Shown here: one piece after another, positions 1 through 8,165 of the stretch | Position numbering within the stretch: position 1 is the first letter of the stretch | How the letters are laid out: every line of letters starts with the position of its first letter | Source: Candidatus Parcubacteria bacterium | GTDB taxonomy: Bacteria > Patescibacteriota > Patescibacteriia > Patescibacteriales > BM507 | Direction: 5' to 3' | DNA length: 64,000 bases | Assembly: GCA_002869265.1 (NCBI GenBank) | Contig: PKTH01000003.1 | Coordinates: 8,190 to 72,189 of the forward strand | The notes under the pieces: generated by a model | Told to the model about the DNA's origin: nothing | Databases searched by the model: none | The model's input: only the letters and a program-made list of their open reading frames with translations | Translations under genes and position numbers: made by a program

Positions 1-7
1 ATTTGTA

Positions 8-1144
8 GTGTCTGTCGCGGTGTACACTTATCCAGAAGAATTTAAAAGTTTAAAACTATCTTTTAGATCTTCTCCAAAGTATGCTCTAGGTTTAGCAGCT
101 ATTTTCTTAACAGTTTCTGCGGGAGTTGTTGTATTGTTTACAGTCGGACTTAAGATGTATATGGCTGATATTTATGCAACCAAAGCAGTGCAAGCTAAAA
201 CGCAAGAGCAAAGAATTCAATACTTAAATAAAGCAATTGCCATGAATGCAAGTGAAGATGAATATCATCTAAGTCTTGCAAACGCTTATATGGGTCTAGC
301 AAATAGAGGAGTAATATCGAACGCTAGTCCTGATGAAATCAGACTCAACCTATCAAATGCTATAGACGCTAGTAAAAAAGCTGCTGAGCTTTCTCCAAAT
401 AAAGCTAGAAATAATGAATCAGTCGCTCTGATATATGAAAATGCTTCTTTCTACACAAAAGGCGCGCTTGAGCTTGCTGATAACTACTACAATGAAGTAG
501 CAAGACTTGATCCACACAACCCAACACCATATCTCAGATTGGCTCTCGTTAACGTTGCTCGAGCAAATTCTGAAAACGATCAAGCTGAAAAGAATTATTA
601 TTACGAAGAAGCTCTCAAACAATACGATAAAGCTATTGCTCAAAAAGGAGACCTAGCTTCCGCGCATTATGGTAAAGCTGTGGTTTATGAGAAAATGAAT
701 CAAATAGATAATTCAATTGCTAATCTATCTAGCGCTAATTTATTTTCACCAAATAACATAGATTATAGATTTGAGCTCGGTAGACTTTACTTCAATAAAG
801 GAATTGCCACCCTAGGCCTTAAACAAACTCAATCAGCGCAAATCATTCAAAGTGAAGCAAATAATGAAGGAGAAGATGGGGCAACAGAGAATTTAGTAGT
901 TCAGCCAAATGTTAATACCTCAAAAGTAGAAAAAAATGATGACCTGGCAAGAGCAGAACAGATATTCTTAAGTATAGTGGCGGCAAACAAGAAACATGCT
1001 AATGCTTTGTATAGTTTAGCAATTCTTTATCAGAAGATTGATAATACTGAACTAGCTTCTCAAAGAGTTAAGGAATTATTATCAATCCTAAGTGAGGGTC
1101 AAACCAAAGAGGCTGTAAAAAATCAATTCAGAGGACTTTACTAG
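8..1144 (+). CDS. TPR-repeat protein with one N-terminal TM helix; the frame is open to the window edge, so it may be 5'-truncated
   Basis: No stop upstream in frame. Hydrophobic segment LGLAAIFLTVSAGVVVLFTVGL followed by repeated A/Y/L-rich TPR-like helices. Strong terminator follows. Confidence 0.6.
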   Translation: MSVAVYTYPEEFKSLKLSFRSSPKYALGLAAIFLTVSAGVVVLFTVGLKMYMADIYATKAVQAKTQEQRIQYLNKAIAMNASEDEYHLSLANAYMGLANRGVISNASPDEIRLNLSNAIDASKKAAELSPNKARNNESVALIYENASFYTKGALELADNYYNEVARLDPHNPTPYLRLALVNVARANSENDQAEKNYYYEEALKQYDKAIAQKGDLASAHYGKAVVYEKMNQIDNSIANLSSANLFSPNNIDYRFELGRLYFNKGIATLGLKQTQSAQIIQSEANNEGEDGATENLVVQPNVNTSKVEKNDDLARAEQIFLSIVAANKKHANALYSLAILYQKIDNTELASQRVKELLSILSEGQTKEAVKNQFRGLY

Positions 1145-1158
1145 ATTTAGATATAAAA

Positions 1159-1189
1159 ACAGCCTGTTTATTGACAGGCTGTTTTTTTT
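1159..1189 (+). terminator. Rho-independent terminator
   Basis: Perfect 9-bp stem ACAGCCTGT/ACAGGCTGT, 6-nt loop, then T8. Confidence 0.85.
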
Positions 1190-1206
1190 ATACCATTATA
1201 TAGAGA

Positions 1207-2286
1207 ATGAAGAAAACAAATAAAAAAATAATTGTTGCAATGTCTGGAGGGGTTGACTCTTCAGTGGTTGCTAGTCTTTTGTCTAAAGAATACACAGGTA
1301 TAATGGGTATTTTTTTGAATTTTTGGAAAGATAGTGATGAGAAGAGTGCAAATGAAAACAAGTGTTGTTCAATCAAGTCATTAATGGATGCAAGAACAAT
1401 CGCGAGTAAATTTGGTTTTAAGTTTTACACTCTTAATTTCTCAGAAAAGTTTAAGAAAGATATAGTAGATTACTTTTTAGAAGAGTACGAAAATGGTCGA
1501 ACTCCAAACCCTTGTGTTAAGTGTAATAAGTTTATTAAACTGGGATATTTAATTGAGAGGGCGAAAGAGCTTGGTTATAACTACGTAGCCAGCGGACATT
1601 ATGCCAGTATTAAAAAAGTCGGTTCTAAGTATAAATTATATAAAGCAAAAGATGAACTAAAAGACCAGTCATATTTTCTTTATACTCTAAATCAAAAACA
1701 GCTCAGTTACTTACTTTTCCCACTTGGGGAGTATAAAAAAACTGAGGTAAGGAAAATTGCTAAAAGTATGGGGCTTGAGGTTGCTACAAAGAGTGATAGT
1801 CAAGAAATCTGTTTCGTTGCCGGCAAGACTCATAATGATTTTTTAAAAAAACACCTAGAACTCGTTCCCGGAAAGATAAAAGATGTTTCAGGGAAGATAC
1901 TTGGTTCTCACTCAGGACTTCCTCTCTATACTCTAGGTCAGAGGAAGGGGATAGAGCTTGGTGGTAATGGTCCCTTTTACGTAGTTGAGCTGGATTACAA
2001 AACAAACACGCTTATAGTCTCAAACACTCATGATGATTTAAATATTTTAAAGGATGAGTTTATAATTGAAAATACTAACTGGATTTCTGGGCTTGAGCCA
2101 AAATTTCCTCTAAAAACCACTGTAGTAATAAGGTATCATCACAAACCTGTAGCATGTCTAGTAAATAAAATAAAAAATGATTTATTTGAGGTCAAACTAG
2201 ACTCTAGGCAACGAGCAGTTACTCCAGGTCAAAGTGCGGTTTTTTATGAAAATGATGAAGTACTTGGTGGTGGAATTATTAAATAA
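1207..2286 (+). CDS. mnmA: tRNA-specific 2-thiouridylase MnmA
   Basis: PP-loop SGGVDSS near the N-terminus, NPCVKCNKFIK motif, about 360 aa. Confidence 0.9.
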   Translation: MKKTNKKIIVAMSGGVDSSVVASLLSKEYTGIMGIFLNFWKDSDEKSANENKCCSIKSLMDARTIASKFGFKFYTLNFSEKFKKDIVDYFLEEYENGRTPNPCVKCNKFIKLGYLIERAKELGYNYVASGHYASIKKVGSKYKLYKAKDELKDQSYFLYTLNQKQLSYLLFPLGEYKKTEVRKIAKSMGLEVATKSDSQEICFVAGKTHNDFLKKHLELVPGKIKDVSGKILGSHSGLPLYTLGQRKGIELGGNGPFYVVELDYKTNTLIVSNTHDDLNILKDEFIIENTNWISGLEPKFPLKTTVVIRYHHKPVACLVNKIKNDLFEVKLDSRQRAVTPGQSAVFYENDEVLGGGIIK

Positions 2287-2290
2287 AATT

Positions 2291-3313
2291 ATGAAACTAA
2301 AACTATTAATTTTTGTTCTACTTTTATCTACGCCCTATATCATTAATGCTCAAAGTATCAATGAAAAATTGTTTGGTAAAATACTTCTATCCGTTGAAGA
2401 AAACGGTGAAGCTTGGTATGTCAATCCAGAGAATAGTAGAAGATACTATCTAGGAAGGCCCTCAGATGCTTTTGAAATTATGCGAGAACTGTCACTGGGT
2501 ATTAGTAATGAGGATTTTGATAAATACTCAAATACACCCCCTGAAAGGTTCTCAGGTAGAATCCTATTGAAAGTAGAAGACTCTGGAAAAGCATATTATG
2601 TAAACCCAGATGACCTTGTTTTTCATTTTCTGGGAAGACCCAGTGATGCTTTCTGGGTAATGAGAAACCTAGGTCTTGGGATAACAAAAAACGATTTAGA
2701 TAATATTCAAATATACTCACCTACAGAAGTATTTAATAAAAACATTCAACACATCGTTGCTTTCACATCGCAAGCACCAGATGCAGATTGGGGAAGCTCA
2801 GTTTTTCAGGATGGTTGTGAAGAGGCGAGTGCTCTAATGGCTGTTTCTTGGGCTCTGGATGATTTATCCCAAATGCAAAATCCAAAAAATACAATAGTAA
2901 AAATTTCCGCTTGGGAATCAGAAAGGTTCGGAGAATTTAGGGATATTTCTGTTGAGGATACTACAACAATGATAAAAGAATATTTTTCTTACGATAAAAT
3001 AGAAATTCATGATCTTAAAAATGTCGAAGAACTGATAGCGCTTCTTCAAGAAGGGGTGGTGATTATGCCTGCTAACGGTCAATTACTAGGGAATGTGTAT
3101 TTTACACCACCAGGCCCAATAAATCACATGTTGCTCGTGACTGGCTATAATCAAGAGGAAGGGATTTTCACAACAAATGATCCCGGGACAAAAAGAGGAA
3201 AGGGGTATAGATACAAAAAGAATGTTTTATTCAATTCTATACGAGACTATCCAACTGGTTACCATCTCCCAAACCAAGACCCATCTAAAAAAGTAATTTT
3301 GGTAAAAAAATAA
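2291..3313 (+). CDS. Secreted protein: signal peptide, two ~50-aa tandem repeats, then a peptidase C39-like (papain-fold) domain
   Basis: Start moved to MKLKLLIFVLLL (signal peptide) just after the mnmA stop. Repeats GKILLSVEENGEAWYVNP..YYLGRPSDAF and GRILLKVEDSGKAYYVNP..FLGRPSDAF. Candidate catalytic Cys in DGCEEASALMAVSW and His in HMLLVTGY. Confidence 0.65.
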   Translation: MKLKLLIFVLLLSTPYIINAQSINEKLFGKILLSVEENGEAWYVNPENSRRYYLGRPSDAFEIMRELSLGISNEDFDKYSNTPPERFSGRILLKVEDSGKAYYVNPDDLVFHFLGRPSDAFWVMRNLGLGITKNDLDNIQIYSPTEVFNKNIQHIVAFTSQAPDADWGSSVFQDGCEEASALMAVSWALDDLSQMQNPKNTIVKISAWESERFGEFRDISVEDTTTMIKEYFSYDKIEIHDLKNVEELIALLQEGVVIMPANGQLLGNVYFTPPGPINHMLLVTGYNQEEGIFTTNDPGTKRGKGYRYKKNVLFNSIRDYPTGYHLPNQDPSKKVILVKK

Positions 3314-3337
3314 TACCCACCTTTTGGTGGGTATTTT
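3313..3337. terminator. Bidirectional terminator between convergent genes
   Basis: ATACCCACC-TTTT-GGTGGGTAT hairpin flanked by A-run and T-run. Confidence 0.8.
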
Positions 3338-3340
3338 AAT

Positions 3341-4387
3341 TTATGATAATTCCATTCCGAGAGAATAGCCGTATCGAGCTAGCTCTAGTTTTACCTCATG
3401 CAAACAACTTTCTCCGAAATTTCGAATTCCGAACATCAATTCGGACTCTGTTTTTTTAACCAGATCTGCAACGGTGAGTATATTAGCTTTTCTTAGAGCA
3501 TTTTTTGCTCTCCTAGAGATAAGTATTCCTTCGACTTTCCATGAAAGAACATAGCAGCTTTCTTTTTTAAAATAATGATTTGCCCCTTGAAATTCATCCA
3601 CTTGCAGAATTGTCCAAAGATGTTTCAAGCTTTCTCTGGTAGAGTCAGTATTTATCTTTTCAATAATATCTTCATATTTCTGTTGAATAGCTTGGTAAGC
3701 AAGTTTTTTTATTCGAGCAATTTCTCTAAAAGACATGCTCTCTTGGTTTATCCCATGATACATTTCCAAGAGTTCGATTTCTTTGGAATTGAGAATAATA
3801 CTTAAGATTTCATCTATCTGTTCCGAAGCATTGCTGGGCCAAATTGGTGAAAGGATTTTTCTATTAGAACTGACTAAATACTTCGAAGAAGCATCCATGA
3901 ACTCATCGTGATTTCTAGGAATTGCTTGGGCTATATCGGTACGACATCTAAAAAATGACATCAGATACGCTTCAAAATCATTTTCTATTGATTTTTTAGG
4001 AAAAATTGCAGACAGTAGACCTAGGTAACCTTGGCTATTAGTACCAAAATCAGGTTCAATAAGATTTTTTAAAAGTTTGCTCTTTGACACAAAATCTTTT
4101 TCAATAATATCAAGTTCAAGCCATTTTTTCAGAGCTAAAACCTCTGGTTTGCTTAAATTATCCAGAAATAGATTCTTTATGTATTTGCGTAGAGCTAAAG
4201 GAAAAACATTCCTGGATAGCTTGCTTGGTTTTTCAGAATCAGCTAAGTTTAACCGAGAAACATATTTACTAACTGTTCGAACGTTTATTTTTAAATGCTT
4301 TGATATCCATGTGCCCTTTATCCCAAGAGTCGCTAAAAATTGAATCAATTTTATATTATTCTCTGAAAGATTTTGACCTTTTTTCAT
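3341..4387 (-). CDS. Putative transcription factor: N-terminal HTH, sigma-70 region-4-like HTH, C-terminal RNA polymerase alpha-CTD-like domain
   Basis: C-terminal 65 aa (ILISRRAKNALRKANILTVADLVKKTESELMFGIRNFGESCLHEVKLELARYGYSLGMELS) resemble the alphaCTD helix-hairpin-helix. IELLEMYHGINQESMSFREIARIKKLAYQAIQQKYEDII resembles sigma region 4. GGAGG sits 5 nt before the ATG at 4387; the longest ORF starts at 4399. Confidence 0.6.
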   Translation of the reverse strand: MKKGQNLSENNIKLIQFLATLGIKGTWISKHLKINVRTVSKYVSRLNLADSEKPSKLSRNVFPLALRKYIKNLFLDNLSKPEVLALKKWLELDIIEKDFVSKSKLLKNLIEPDFGTNSQGYLGLLSAIFPKKSIENDFEAYLMSFFRCRTDIAQAIPRNHDEFMDASSKYLVSSNRKILSPIWPSNASEQIDEILSIILNSKEIELLEMYHGINQESMSFREIARIKKLAYQAIQQKYEDIIEKINTDSTRESLKHLWTILQVDEFQGANHYFKKESCYVLSWKVEGILISRRAKNALRKANILTVADLVKKTESELMFGIRNFGESCLHEVKLELARYGYSLGMELS

Positions 4388-4497
4388 CATTGCCTCCATT
4401 TGGTGAATGTATTATTTTAATGTTCAAGAGACTAGATTATCAATAGCAATAAAGATTGTCAAATATATTCTGCACAAGAAAGACAACAGAATTTTAT

Positions 4498-4526
4498 TTG
4501 ACAAAAATATGCAATTATTATAATAT
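4498..4526 (+). promoter_or_regulatory. Candidate sigma-70-type promoter of the rpsB-tsf operon
   Basis: TTGACA at 4498-4503 with TATAAT or TAATAT 15 to 17 nt downstream. Leaves a ~135-nt leader. Confidence 0.45.
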
Positions 4527-4617
4527 TAGTGCTAATAAACTCAATTGCAGAGTTTATTAATTTATTTATAAAAAACTAATTAAATCACAAATCACTCATA
4601 CTCTTAAAAAATTTCCT

Positions 4618-4633
4618 TCCCTAATATTAGGGA
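4618..4633. promoter_or_regulatory. Perfect 16-bp palindrome TCCCTAATATTAGGGA in the rpsB leader
   Basis: Read directly; 32 nt upstream of the rpsB ATG. Contains the CTAATATTAG core that recurs at 42974, 43556 and 43586. Confidence 0.5.
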
Positions 4634-4664
4634 CAAAAGAGTAGAGGATTAAAGGAAAAACAAT

Positions 4665-5357
4665 ATGGTTAAAATTCCTACAGTAGAGGAGATGCTTAAG
4701 GCAGGAATGCATTTTGGGCATCGAACAAGCAAATGGCATCCAAAGATGGAGCCTTTTATTTTTGGCGCAAGAAATGGCGTCCACATTATTGACCTAATTA
4801 AATCTAGATCTTATCTTGAAAAAGCTCTTGAATACATGAAACAAGCAGCTTCTGAAGATAAGGTTATTTTATTTGTTGGGACAAAATCACAAGTTAAAAA
4901 ATCAATGAAAGAAATGGCTCTAGAACTTGAAATGCCATACATTACAGAAAAATGGATGGGTGGTCTATTGACTAACTTTCCGGTTGTAAGAAAACTTATT
5001 AAAAAATACAAAGACTTAAATACAGAAAAAGCTAGTGGTAAATTAGCTAAATACACCAAGAAAGAGCAACTTAACTTTGACAGAGAGATTGCAAAATTAG
5101 AAACCAAGGTGGGTGGTCTTGTTAATATGACAAAACTTCCTGACTTAATTTTTGTTTGGGACATTAGAGAAGAGAAAAACGCTGTTCTTGAAGCCAAGAA
5201 GAAAAATATTCCAGTAGTTGCAATTTGCGATTCAAACGTAAATCCAAGTGACGTCAACTACATCATTCCTTCAAATGACGATGCAACTAAGACAATTAAA
5301 TTAATGCTTAGTGTTATAAAGGATGCTGTCTCTGAAGGTAAAAAGGCTAAAAAATAA
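4665..5357 (+). CDS. rpsB: 30S ribosomal protein S2
   Basis: MLKAGMHFGHRTSKWHPKM..GVHIIDL, the typical S2 N-terminus. Confidence 0.95.
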   Translation: MVKIPTVEEMLKAGMHFGHRTSKWHPKMEPFIFGARNGVHIIDLIKSRSYLEKALEYMKQAASEDKVILFVGTKSQVKKSMKEMALELEMPYITEKWMGGLLTNFPVVRKLIKKYKDLNTEKASGKLAKYTKKEQLNFDREIAKLETKVGGLVNMTKLPDLIFVWDIREEKNAVLEAKKKNIPVVAICDSNVNPSDVNYIIPSNDDATKTIKLMLSVIKDAVSEGKKAKK

Positions 5358-5403
5358 CATATAATTATTTAATTTGATTTTATAAAATAAACTAGGTAAA
5401 AGT

Positions 5404-6201
5404 ATGGAAAAAATAAAAGAATTAAGAGATAAAACTGGCGCAGGGATTGTTGATTGCAAGAAGGCTCTTGAAGAGTCTGGGGGAGATATTGAAAAAGCCG
5501 TTGAAATACTTAGAAAAAAAGGAATCTCAAAGGCAGCCAAGAGAAGTGAGAGAGAAACCTCTGAGGGTGTTGTTAAATTTGCAGTTAACGACACAAATAC
5601 AGAAGGGTACATGGTTAAAATTGGCTCAGAAACAGATTTTGTTGCCAGAAATGAAAAGTTTCAAAGCTTTGGAGACGATGTTCTAAAGGTTATCGCAGAA
5701 AACACCCCTGAGAGCCTGGATGATTTGTTTGCTTTAAAAATGAAGGAGCTTACAGTAAAAGACACTCTAGATACAATGAGCGGCGTTATAGGTGAAAAAC
5801 TAGAAATAGTTGACTTTAAAGTTTTGAAGTCTAGTGGCTCAGTTGAGGGTTACTCTCATATGGACGGAAGAATTTGTGTTTTAGTATCTCTAGACAAGTC
5901 AGGGGAGACTGAATTAGCAAGAGATATTGCAATGCATATCGCAGCAAGTGATCCTAAATACATGAGCCCCGAAGAAGTCCCAGCTGAAGAACTGGAGAAA
6001 GAAAAGGGAGTATATAGAGAGCAGTTATTAAAGGAAGGTAAGCCGGAAGCGATGTTAGATAAAATTATCGAAGGGAAAATTAATAAATACTACGAAGAAG
6101 TTTGTCTTCTGAAACAAGAATTTATTAAAGACGACAAAAAGAAAGTCGAACAAATTTTAGGTGATGCTAAAATCGAGAAATTTACTAGACTTGCTCTATA
6201 A
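5404..6201 (+). CDS. tsf: Elongation factor Ts
   Basis: IKELRDKTGAGIVDCKKALEESGGDIEKAVEILRKKG (UBA-like N-terminal domain); follows rpsB. Confidence 0.93.
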   Translation: MEKIKELRDKTGAGIVDCKKALEESGGDIEKAVEILRKKGISKAAKRSERETSEGVVKFAVNDTNTEGYMVKIGSETDFVARNEKFQSFGDDVLKVIAENTPESLDDLFALKMKELTVKDTLDTMSGVIGEKLEIVDFKVLKSSGSVEGYSHMDGRICVLVSLDKSGETELARDIAMHIAASDPKYMSPEEVPAEELEKEKGVYREQLLKEGKPEAMLDKIIEGKINKYYEEVCLLKQEFIKDDKKKVEQILGDAKIEKFTRLAL

Positions 6202-7064
6202 TGCAAAAAATAAAAGTACAAATATCACAATGGGATAGAGATGGTTTATTTGATTGTGATGATATTGAACTAAAGTTAGGAGACAAGGTACTTGTTTCAA
6301 TTGATGACGAGAGAGAAGTGGGTACAGTGATAGATTTTCTTGATAGAGAAATAAGGGAAAACACTGTTACAGCTAATTCACAAGATGATCAAGAGCTTAC
6401 CAAAATTCAACACAATGAAGCTCAAGAGAGGGTAATAGTTAGGAGAGCAGAGCCTGAGGATCTGTCTAGACTTCCAGATGCTCACACCAAACAAGCTATG
6501 CTTGGTAGATGTAAACAGCTTATCTCTGAACATGAGCTTCCTATGAAGCTGGTCGATGTTCATATTTCACTTGATAATTCGAAAGCTACTTTTGCCTTCA
6601 TTGCAGATGGCCGTGTTGATTTTCGAAATCTAGTTCGTGATCTGACAAGAACCTTCAATAAAACTATTAGGCTCCAACAGCTTGGTATTCGAGATGAGGC
6701 AAGGATTGCTGGTGATGTCGGCCATTGCGGCAGAAATCTTTGTTGTAAAACACATCTTACTGAGCTAGTTTCAATAACCTCAGAAATGGCCGAAGTTCAA
6801 CAATGTGCCCATAGAGGCTCTGATAGAATATCAGGAATTTGTGGTAGATTAATGTGTTGTCTTTCTTATGAAGAACTTGGTTACAAAGAGCTAGATAAGA
6901 AAATGCCAAAGATTGGAACAAAAGTAAGTGTAGATGGTAAAAAGGGTGTAATCATCTCTCAACATCATCTAAAAGAATCGGTTGATGTTGAATTCAAGAA
7001 CAAAGACGGCTCCACTTCTCGTGTTGAAGTTGATCTCAATAGACATAAAAATAAGAAAAAATAG
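6201..7064 (+). CDS. PSP1 C-terminal domain protein (YaaT/RicT-like)
   Basis: Cys-rich PSP1 region GHCGRNLCCKTHL..GICGRLMCCLSYE. Start overlaps the tsf stop by 1 nt. Confidence 0.8.
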   Translation: MQKIKVQISQWDRDGLFDCDDIELKLGDKVLVSIDDEREVGTVIDFLDREIRENTVTANSQDDQELTKIQHNEAQERVIVRRAEPEDLSRLPDAHTKQAMLGRCKQLISEHELPMKLVDVHISLDNSKATFAFIADGRVDFRNLVRDLTRTFNKTIRLQQLGIRDEARIAGDVGHCGRNLCCKTHLTELVSITSEMAEVQQCAHRGSDRISGICGRLMCCLSYEELGYKELDKKMPKIGTKVSVDGKKGVIISQHHLKESVDVEFKNKDGSTSRVEVDLNRHKNKKK

Positions 7065-7076
7065 GAAATTAAAAAA

Positions 7077-7103
7077 CAGATATCCGAAAGATATCTGTTT
7101 TTT
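7077..7103 (+). terminator. Rho-independent terminator
   Basis: CAGATATC-CGAAA-GATATCTG followed by T6. Confidence 0.85.
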
Positions 7104-7117
7104 AATTGAAATTATTA

Positions 7118-7126
7118 TGTTATAAT
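7118..7126 (+). promoter_or_regulatory. Extended -10 element TGTTATAAT upstream of gap
   Basis: Read directly, 29 nt before the gap ATG. The same 9-mer recurs before cca and the M23 peptidase gene. Confidence 0.45.
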
Positions 7127-7154
7127 ATTTATATTAATAATAATTATATTTAAA

Positions 7155-8165
7155 ATGAATATCGCAATTAATGGTTTCGGCAGAATTGGCCGGGCAGTCT
7201 TTAAAGCAATTATTGAAAACAAAGTCAAGGTTAATATTGTTGCTATTAATGATCTAACTGACACTAAAACACTAGCTCATTTACTACAGTATGACAGTGC
7301 CTATGGTAGATACACAAAAGAAGTCACCTATACTAAGGATGCGTTAGTAGTTGCTGGTAAAAAATACCCTGTTTACGCTGAGAGAAATCCTGAAGATTTA
7401 CCTTGGGAAGAAAAAAAGGTGGAAATTGTTATGGAATGTACCGGGCTCTTTAGAACAAAAGAAAGCGCTGCAGCGCATATTAAAGCTGGCGCTAAGAAGG
7501 TTATAATTTCTGCCCCTGCCAAGGATGATAAAGTAAAAACCTTTGTTATGGGTGTTAATGAAGCTAAATTAAAGAAAACAGACAACATTATTTCAAACGC
7601 CTCTTGTACAACAAACTGTTTAGCCCCCGTGACAGACGTTATTCGGCAAAACTTTGGTATTAAAAATGCCATGATGACAACTATCCACTCATACACTGCT
7701 GACCAAAACATAGTTGACGGACCACACAAAGACTTAAGAAGAGCCAGGGCCGCGGCCGTAAACATAGTTCCCACAACTACAGGAGCGGCTATAGCAACAA
7801 CCAATGTAATTCCTCAATTAAAAGGAAAATTTGACGGTATGGCTGTTAGAGTTCCTACTCCAGTTGGCTCCCTTTGTGATGTGACTTTTATTACTAACAA
7901 GAAGGTAACTGAAGAATTGGTAAACTCTACTCTAAAAAAAACTTCTAGACTATCTAAATATAAACACATCATTGAGGTTGATGAAGGTCATCTGGTATCT
8001 TCTGATATAGTTGGAAACCCATCAAGTTCAATAGTTGACGCTGGCTGCACAAAAGTCTCGGGGGATAATCTTCTTAAGCTTATTGTTTGGTATGACAACG
8101 AATGGGGTTATTCTAATAGGATGATTGATTTAATGGAATACATCATTAAAAAGAAGTTTGTATAA
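7155..8165 (+). CDS. gap: Glyceraldehyde-3-phosphate dehydrogenase, type I
   Basis: INGFGRIGR NAD-binding motif; active-site SNASCTTNCLAP; WYDNEWGYS. Confidence 0.95.
   Translation: MNIAINGFGRIGRAVFKAIIENKVKVNIVAINDLTDTKTLAHLLQYDSAYGRYTKEVTYTKDALVVAGKKYPVYAERNPEDLPWEEKKVEIVMECTGLFRTKESAAAHIKAGAKKVIISAPAKDDKVKTFVMGVNEAKLKKTDNIISNASCTTNCLAPVTDVIRQNFGIKNAMMTTIHSYTADQNIVDGPHKDLRRARAAAVNIVPTTTGAAIATTNVIPQLKGKFDGMAVRVPTPVGSLCDVTFITNKKVTEELVNSTLKKTSRLSKYKHIIEVDEGHLVSSDIVGNPSSSIVDAGCTKVSGDNLLKLIVWYDNEWGYSNRMIDLMEYIIKKKFV

Noticed and set aside
419-643. Many 60 to 150-aa ORFs antisense to or overlapping well-supported genes. Examples: 419..643, 1784..2005, 4811..5257, 5301..5612, 7373..7804, 10085..10553, 22646..22909, 25467..26113, 34308..34724, 47256..47456, 49127..49528, 55082..55789, 58411..58731, 60662..60895, 61611..61805, 62849..63148, 63467..63787.
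   Set aside because: Each lies entirely within a gene with clear family motifs on the other strand or frame. Their products are low-complexity (S/L/F-rich) shadows typical of AT-rich DNA, with no SD or promoter.
2234-2290. Longest-ORF 5' extensions (2234, 9144, 28863, 30726, 4399, 46326).
   Set aside because: The extensions overlap upstream genes or lack an SD. Internal starts give signal peptides or conserved N-termini and better SD spacing, so shorter coordinates were used.
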